DNA from: Alphaproteobacteria bacterium UBA3635
Lineage (GTDB): Bacteria; Pseudomonadota; Alphaproteobacteria; Rs-D84
NCBI GenBank assembly: GCA_002373935.1
Contig: DFKW01000009.1
Location: 1-55,094 of the forward strand
DNA: 55,094 bases
Direction: 5' to 3'
Shown: one piece after another, positions 49,616 through 55,094 of the stretch
Position numbering within the stretch: the first letter of the stretch is position 1
Layout of the letters: the number at the start of each line of letters is the position of its first letter
Made by a program: the position numbers and the translations under genes
The notes under the pieces: generated by a model
Seen by the model: the letters and a program-made list of their open reading frames with translations, nothing else
The model's database searches: none
Told to the model about the DNA's origin: nothing

Positions 49616-50563
49616 TTAAATTTTATCGTTGCTGTGGAAAATGGTGCGGATTTGAAATATGCACATGTCGCGGATGCAATCGCGGGCGGGTGATAAATAT
49701 TCGCGCGGGTTAAAAATTTCCGGGTGCGTTGCCAGTGTTTCGCGTACGGCGGATGTAAAGCACAGACGCAAATCGCTGTCTATATTTATTTTGCAAATAT
49801 TTGTTTTGGTTGCGGCAAATTCCAATTGTGCGACATCAATGCCCATGGCGTTGTGTAGTTTGCCACCAAATTTATTTATGTTATTGATTAAATCGGTTGG
49901 AATACTGGATGCGCCATGCAAGACCAATGGTGTTGTGGGGATTTTATTTTGGATGTTATCCAATATGTCAAACCGTAATTTTTCATCCGCCGATTTTCGT
50001 TTGTATGCACCATGAGATGTCCCAATGGCAACCGCCAGTGAGTCCGTGCCGGTTTCGTCAACAAATTGTTTTGCCATATCGGGGTCGGTGTATGCCGATT
50101 CGGTTGAATATGTTGTTTCATCCTCGATACCGGATAAAATGCCCAATTCTGATTCGACCGACACATCGCGCGCATGTGCATATCGCACAATGTTTGCGGT
50201 GGCGGTTATGTTTTCGTCGATGTCGCGCTTGCTGAAATCCAGCATGACACTGGAAAACCCGATGTTTATCGCATGCATACATGATTCAATCGATGACCCG
50301 TGGTCCAAGTGCAGGGCGATTTGTTCATTTGGCGTTATTTTTAATCCGCCGATTATTCCCATCAACATATCGTCCCCCATATATTTCAATGCCGATTCGG
50401 AAATTGCGATGATGACGGGACTTTTGCTTAAACGCGCCGCCGATACAATCGATTGAACGGTTTCCATATTGTACGCGTTAAATGCAGGTATCGCAAAATG
50501 CCGTCGCATCGCGCCGTTGAACATGTTTTCCGTATTGCTAAGGCCGAAAGTTTTGAATTGCAT
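49616..50563 (-). CDS. fba: class II fructose-bisphosphate aldolase
   Basis: ALHLDHG, VESELG, AIGTSHGAYK, LVLHGASS, KINID. Confidence 0.94.
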   Translation of the reverse strand: MQFKTFGLSNTENMFNGAMRRHFAIPAFNAYNMETVQSIVSAARLSKSPVIIAISESALKYMGDDMLMGIIGGLKITPNEQIALHLDHGSSIESCMHAINIGFSSVMLDFSKRDIDENITATANIVRYAHARDVSVESELGILSGIEDETTYSTESAYTDPDMAKQFVDETGTDSLAVAIGTSHGAYKRKSADEKLRFDILDNIQNKIPTTPLVLHGASSIPTDLINNINKFGGKLHNAMGIDVAQLEFAATKTNICKINIDSDLRLCFTSAVRETLATHPEIFNPREYLSPARDCIRDMCIFQIRTIFHSNDKI

Positions 50564-50718
50564 GGGTGTTTCTCTCTTTGTGTGGATTATATCAATATTT
50601 GATTGTTTTGCGCCAGAAATTTTTTGATGCGCATGCTTGACTATTCGATTTTTTGTGTAATAATTATTTTGAAATGGATGGAAAATTCATCCAAAAACAA
50701 TTATAAAAAGGAAAAAAT

Positions 50719-51120
50719 ATGAAAAAAATTTTGGCTTTGGTTGCATTGGTCGCATTGGCGGGATGCTCTGATTACTATGATTATTACAAGGGTGGCGTTC
50801 GTTATACCCAAGATGGTGACGATTGCATTTATTATTCTGGCGAAGATGCGCGTCATTATTCCCGTGATGTGAAAGCGGCGGATTTGGATAAAAAGATTGT
50901 TTATCGCAATACTCAATGTGCGGATTTGTATGCGCGTGATATGGCGGGTCAAATGCCACGCAGTGAACGTCGCGTTTTGACACCGGCGGCGGAATATGAT
51001 GCGGCACCGGTTGTGATGCCACAAGAAGTTGTTGTGAAACCTGCGGTTAAAAAATCTTGCGGTTGCAACAAATGTGCGCGTCGTGCGTCCAAACAATATG
51101 TGATTGTGTCGGGCATGTAA
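50719..51120 (+). CDS. hypothetical lipoprotein
   Basis: Lipobox LAGC; SD AAGGA. Confidence 0.75.
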   Translation: MKKILALVALVALAGCSDYYDYYKGGVRYTQDGDDCIYYSGEDARHYSRDVKAADLDKKIVYRNTQCADLYARDMAGQMPRSERRVLTPAAEYDAAPVVMPQEVVVKPAVKKSCGCNKCARRASKQYVIVSGM

Positions 51121-51235
51121 TCGGTGTGCTGACAAAATTATCGGTCGGGCGGCGCGGGTTGTGTCGCCTGATTTTTTTATTTGAAACGGGTGCGGGTTTG
51201 TGATAAAATTACCTTGATAAGTTAAAGGAGTTTTT

Positions 51236-51598
51236 ATGAAAAATTATACTAAAGTTTTGGTTTTTGCCGCGATTGTGGCATTGATTGTTGTTCCGGCTAT
51301 GGCGGCGGGCCCGGACAGTTGTAGTGGCAAAGAGGGTTTGTGCGGTTTGGTATGTAAAATGCAAGAAGTGTTCAAAACATTGCGGACGCTGGCGTTTGTT
51401 GGTGCCGGTTTTTATATGGCCGGTTGGGCATGGGATTATATTTCCAAGGGCGAGGCCAAATTGGATGATATGAAAAAGAAGGGTATTGGCTTGCTGGTTG
51501 GGTTCACGTTGTTGTTCGCGATTGGTGTTGTGTTGTCGTTCTTGATGAACGTGACCGATGGCAGTGGCAATAAATGTGTCACCAGTGGTTGGAATTGA
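51236..51598 (+). CDS. TrbC/VirB2-like pilin-type small membrane protein
   Basis: Signal peptide (PAMA), then two hydrophobic helices joined by a basic loop. Confidence 0.55.
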   Translation: MKNYTKVLVFAAIVALIVVPAMAAGPDSCSGKEGLCGLVCKMQEVFKTLRTLAFVGAGFYMAGWAWDYISKGEAKLDDMKKKGIGLLVGFTLLFAIGVVLSFLMNVTDGSGNKCVTSGWN

Positions 51599-51702
51599 TT
51601 TTTTGTAATATGTTGTCGGGTGGCACGCCACCCGATTTTTTTTATTGATATTTTTATGCGTTGGTGTTAGCATTTAATTGAATATCAAATTAGGTGTTAA
51701 AA

Positions 51703-52005
51703 ATGATAACGGTTCCGGAAAATATAATTTCTTTGACAGAATTCAAACGCGATGCGGCAAATGTTGTGCGGCGCGTGCGTGATGAAAAAATGCCGGCGGT
51801 GTTGACGGTAAATGGTGCGGCGTCTGTGGTTGTGTTGGATGCGGCAGAATATCAAAAAATTGTTCGTGATGCAGAAATTGGTTCTATTATGTCTGGGGTT
51901 TATGACGGGTTACGCGATATGGATGAAAATCGTGGTGTCGCATTAGATGTTGTGTTTGATATGTTGAAAAATGATATGTGTGCTGGGTTAAAAAAACATG
52001 CCTAG
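51703..52005 (+). CDS. Phd/YefM-family antitoxin
   Basis: SLTEFKR...P.VLT.NG...VV....YQ. Confidence 0.85.
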   Translation: MITVPENIISLTEFKRDAANVVRRVRDEKMPAVLTVNGAASVVVLDAAEYQKIVRDAEIGSIMSGVYDGLRDMDENRGVALDVVFDMLKNDMCAGLKKHA

Positions 52006-52306
52006 GAAATATTCCGTAATTATCCAAGAACGCGCGTATCGCGATTTGCGTGATATGTTGGTGTATGTCACAGGGGCGGCATCAATTGATGTTGCCGAAC
52101 GGTTGCGGGTTGATTTGTTGGAACAAATGCGGTCGTTAGAAAAATTTCCAGAACGGTTCCAGGTTATAATGGTTGTGCGTGGTTGTGAAATTCGTCATAT
52201 TGTTTTCAAGCGGGGATTTCGTGTGTTATATACTGTGCGTGGTAATACGGTTCATGTGTTGCATTGTGTGCGGTCGGAACAACGTATTGATAATTTATTC
52301 GAATAA
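51998..52306 (+). CDS. RelE/ParE-family toxin
   Basis: A..DL.....Y, L..FP.R, R.LY.V....V.VL; overlaps the antitoxin stop. Confidence 0.85.
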   Translation: MPRKYSVIIQERAYRDLRDMLVYVTGAASIDVAERLRVDLLEQMRSLEKFPERFQVIMVVRGCEIRHIVFKRGFRVLYTVRGNTVHVLHCVRSEQRIDNLFE

Positions 52307-52334
52307 AAAATGGCGCGGGTTGCGCCAAATTTTT

Positions 52335-52565
52335 TTAATTAGATTTTGTTTCGTCGATATTTGCCAATGAATATAAAACAGACGAAATCAATGATTGGTA
52401 TGGGACGTGTTGTTGGTTTGCCAATTCTTTGATGCGGTCCAAAATTGCGTGCGGAATGCGCATATTGATAACACAATCAGATTTATTAAATGTGCGGTAT
52501 GCCGCGTATTCTTTTAACAGTGCCTCGATATTCATAATGAATAATTGCTGCATAACATTTGGCAT
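52335..52565 (-). CDS. orphan ribbon-helix-helix (CopG/antitoxin-like) protein
   Basis: INMRIP...LDRIK..A.....PYQSLI..L. Confidence 0.75.
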   Translation of the reverse strand: MPNVMQQLFIMNIEALLKEYAAYRTFNKSDCVINMRIPHAILDRIKELANQQHVPYQSLISSVLYSLANIDETKSN

Positions 52566-52727
52566 GTTGACACCCCTCTATACTTTGTTATACACATTGC
52601 TCAACACAAGTGTCTTTACGATTGACTATAACATTGTATTTACAGTTGTCAATACATTTGTAAACGCGGCTGTAATCACGGGTGTCCGCACGTGTGTAGG
52701 GGCGTTTGTGGGGGCATGTGTATTGGT
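52564..52727. repeat. degenerate 12-bp tandem array (about 14 units, TGT-N4-AC) overlapping the RHH promoter
   Basis: In-phase units from 52612; minus-strand TTGACA (52647-52652), 16 bp, TATAGT (52625-52630). Confidence 0.65.
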
Positions 52728-52837
52728 TAAATAAATTTGATTTTTGTGTTTTTTGTATCTAATATATTTGTGTATGCGCGGTGTTGTTTTTTTTGTGTTC
52801 GTGCGCATAATAAATTGGCAAAGGAAAGGATATATTG

Positions 52838-54160
52838 ATGTTCAAAAAAATATTTTGCGGAATTGTTTTGTTGTGTTTTGCGTTTGTTGCGCCGGCGCGA
52901 TCTGAATTGCGTGTTGATATTGTTGCGGGGGATGTTGCACCAAAATCAATCGCACTGCAAAATGTCGAGGTAAACAAAGGCGTCGCAAAATCAGATGCCG
53001 ATATGGTGCGCACGGTTGTTGAAAATGATTTGAAATCGACGGGTTTGTTTCGAATGATAAATCGGGATGCGTATCCGCAATTTGTAAAATTCAATGATAT
53101 GCCGGACTTTAATTTATGGCGTGCTATCCGGGCGGATGTTTTGGTGCAATCTAAAATGACCAAACAAAAAAATAATATGTATAAATTGGAATTCTATGTT
53201 TGGGATGTGTCATCCAAAGAACAGATAGAGGCGCAGAGTTTAATGGCGTCAAAAAAATCTATTCGTCGTATGGCGCATTTGATGGCGGATGCAATTTATG
53301 AACGCTTGACTGGCGAGGTTGGATATTTCGATACGCAAATCGTGTTTATTGCCGAAACCGGTGATGTATCCAATCGGACAAAACGTATGGCGATTATGGA
53401 CCAAGATGGTTTTGGCATGCGGTATTTGTCTGATAAAAATACGTTTGTGATGTCGCCACGGTTTTCGCCAAATATGCGCACGATTGTATTTTTGTCTTAT
53501 CGTGATGATACGCCGATGATTTGGACATTGGATTTGGATACCGGTGCGCAAAGGCGTTTGGGTGAATTTGGGGGGATGAATTTTGCGCCGCGGTTTTCTC
53601 CGGACGGTTCGCGTGTCGCAATGTCTTTGGTGCGTGGGGGCGATACACATATATTTGAATACAACATTGAATCGGGCGAGTTGCGCCAGTTGACATTTGG
53701 ACATTCGTTGAACACATCACCGTCTTATTCGCCAGATGGGTCAAAGATTGCGTTTAATTCTGATAAATCGGGGTCGCAACAAATTCATGTTATGGATTTA
53801 TCGACGGGTGCCGAAGAACGCATTACATTTGGGGCGGGGCGGTATGCAACACCGGCGTGGTCGCCCGACGGACAATTTATCGCATTCACTAAAATCGCAG
53901 ACGATACATTTTATATCGGCATAATGGGCCCGGACGGCAAACGCGAAAAAATATTGGCGGGTGGATGGTATATGGAGGCCCCATCTTGGGCGCCGGGGTC
54001 GCGCCGTTTGGTGTATTATGAAACAGAAAAATCTGACGACGGTATTGACCGTATGAGCCATTTGCGCAGTGTTGATATCACGGGGCAAAATATGTATGAC
54101 ATTGAATTGCCCGATGGTGTCAATGGTGTTGAACCAACATGGTCACCAAAATTGCAATAA
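52838..54160 (+). CDS. tolB: Tol-Pal beta-propeller protein TolB
   Basis: DL..TG.F, AH..AD.IYE.LTG..G.FDT, repeated P.(F/W/Y)SPDG. Confidence 0.93.
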   Translation: MFKKIFCGIVLLCFAFVAPARSELRVDIVAGDVAPKSIALQNVEVNKGVAKSDADMVRTVVENDLKSTGLFRMINRDAYPQFVKFNDMPDFNLWRAIRADVLVQSKMTKQKNNMYKLEFYVWDVSSKEQIEAQSLMASKKSIRRMAHLMADAIYERLTGEVGYFDTQIVFIAETGDVSNRTKRMAIMDQDGFGMRYLSDKNTFVMSPRFSPNMRTIVFLSYRDDTPMIWTLDLDTGAQRRLGEFGGMNFAPRFSPDGSRVAMSLVRGGDTHIFEYNIESGELRQLTFGHSLNTSPSYSPDGSKIAFNSDKSGSQQIHVMDLSTGAEERITFGAGRYATPAWSPDGQFIAFTKIADDTFYIGIMGPDGKREKILAGGWYMEAPSWAPGSRRLVYYETEKSDDGIDRMSHLRSVDITGQNMYDIELPDGVNGVEPTWSPKLQ

Positions 54161-54585
54161 TGATGTTTGGACGGATTGGATTTTTTATCTGGGTATTGTG
54201 TATGGTGTCGCCTGCGCATGCGGTGCCGGCGGTGGTGAAATATATTATTGATGGTGATACTTTTTCGGCGGGTGTTCGGTTGGCGGACGACACAATGGTT
54301 TCTGTGCGTGTGAGAATACGTAATGTTGACACGCCTGAATTGCATGGTGAGTGCGTTGATGAAATTGTCGCGGCAAATGTGGCAAAAAATCGTTTGGCGG
54401 AAATGTTGCCGGTTGGCACCGTTGTTGAATTGGATAAAATCAAGGATGATAAATACTTAGGTAGAATTGACGCAACGGTGCGCGATTCCCGTGGACGTGA
54501 TGTCGGTCGCGCATTGATACGCGAGGGGCATGGGCGAGCGTATAGTGGCGGCAAACGCGCAACCTGGTGTAAGAATCAAAAATAA
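54160..54585 (+). CDS. thermonuclease (SNase-like) family secreted protein
   Basis: IDGDT, VRI.NVDTPE, DKYLGR, L..EG. Confidence 0.85.
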   Translation: MMFGRIGFFIWVLCMVSPAHAVPAVVKYIIDGDTFSAGVRLADDTMVSVRVRIRNVDTPELHGECVDEIVAANVAKNRLAEMLPVGTVVELDKIKDDKYLGRIDATVRDSRGRDVGRALIREGHGRAYSGGKRATWCKNQK

Positions 54586-54593
54586 AATAACAT

Positions 54594-54659
54594 ATCTGCT
54601 TGTTATTTGTTCGTTCGTGTAACGTCGCGTACACTACACTCACAAATAACGGCGCATCT
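54594..54659. repeat. family A hairpin repeat
   Basis: Stem GTTATTTGT/ACAAATAAC with conserved loops. Confidence 0.8.
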
Positions 54660-54710
54660 ATATCATTTTCTTTTTGATATAAAAATGCCCGTTTGGGCAT
54701 TTTTATTTAC

Positions 54711-55040
54711 AGTGTTCAGAGTGCAAAGTTCAGAGTGCAGTTGATGAATAATTAGACAAAACGCTTTCGCATTTTGTCGGGTTTGGCCCGTTCTTGCACC
54801 GTCCCCTTCTTTCACAAAGAAGGGGTGGCATCCGAAGGATGACGGGGTAATTTGAACTGCCCCACCGGCTACGCCGGTCCCCCCCTTCTTTTTAGCCTGC
54901 GGCTAGAAAAGACGGGGAATGTCCAAGAATAAATCACTCCGCTACCGGACCGGCAATAAATGTGTCGGCGCAGCCGACGGCATTCCCCTCCCTGGGGAGG
55001 GGGCCCGTTCCGTCGGAACGGGATTCAGGGTGGGGATTAT
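54711..55040 (-). repeat. REP mosaic, inverted copy of the cassette downstream of the 701-aa gene
   Basis: Reverse complement matches about 28129-28287 and then about 28763-28853. Confidence 0.88.
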
Positions 55041-55044
55041 TGCA

Positions 55045-55094
55045 TCACATCCCGAACACCGCAGAGCGGAACGACGCGTCATCACGGACGCCGG
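55045..55094 (-). CDS. 3' end (partial) of a probable paralogue of the 701-aa fibre gene
   Basis: Reads GVRDDASFRSAVFGM-stop versus SMRYSAEYLQALFGM-stop, followed by the same repeat cassette; only 50 nt visible. Confidence 0.6.
   Translation of the reverse strand, partial: GVRDDASFRSAVFGM

Noticed and set aside
52429-52808. ORFs 52429..52734 and 52626..52808 with 4-residue periodicity
   Set aside because: The periodicity reflects the 12-bp DNA array; one overlaps the RHH gene antisense and both cross its promoter.
1200-54700. Numerous short antisense or overlapping ORFs in the supplied track
   Set aside because: They are shadows of confidently identified genes on the other strand or frame.

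Overview
A 55-kb chromosomal segment from a small-genome, probably gut-associated alphaproteobacterium. The lineage is inferred from gene content and style; it resembles Rs-D84/'Ca. Enterousia'-type MAGs. The housekeeping backbone includes lptCB, miaB, gatCAB, ruvX, sufBC, rpsT, plsY, dprA, dnaA, parE, dnaJ, pgsA, uvrC, an RluA-family synthase, dnaN, efp, fba, tolB, tRNA-Lys and tRNA-Phe. Interspersed are many secreted or outer-membrane proteins, type IVB pilus parts (TcpQ-domain protein, secretin, pilin), a Phd-RelE toxin-antitoxin pair and a diadenylate cyclase. The most unusual region is 24.95-29.0 kb, directly after the pilus secretin. It holds a promoter- and terminator-bounded, highly structured RNA of about 330 nt that I cannot assign to a known class. 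It also holds a mosaic 701-aa fibre/adhesin-like gene enclosed by nested inverted REP-like repeats. The same downstream repeat cassette follows the 3' end of a paralogue at the window end, and two more family members lie at 47-49.5 kb. Other oddities are a tRNA-Lys with a non-pairing acceptor stem, a covarying hairpin repeat family whose copies all share one orientation, and a 12-bp operator-like array upstream of an orphan RHH gene whose motif recurs upstream of dnaA. All calls come from reading the sequence by eye; no database searches or folding programs were run.
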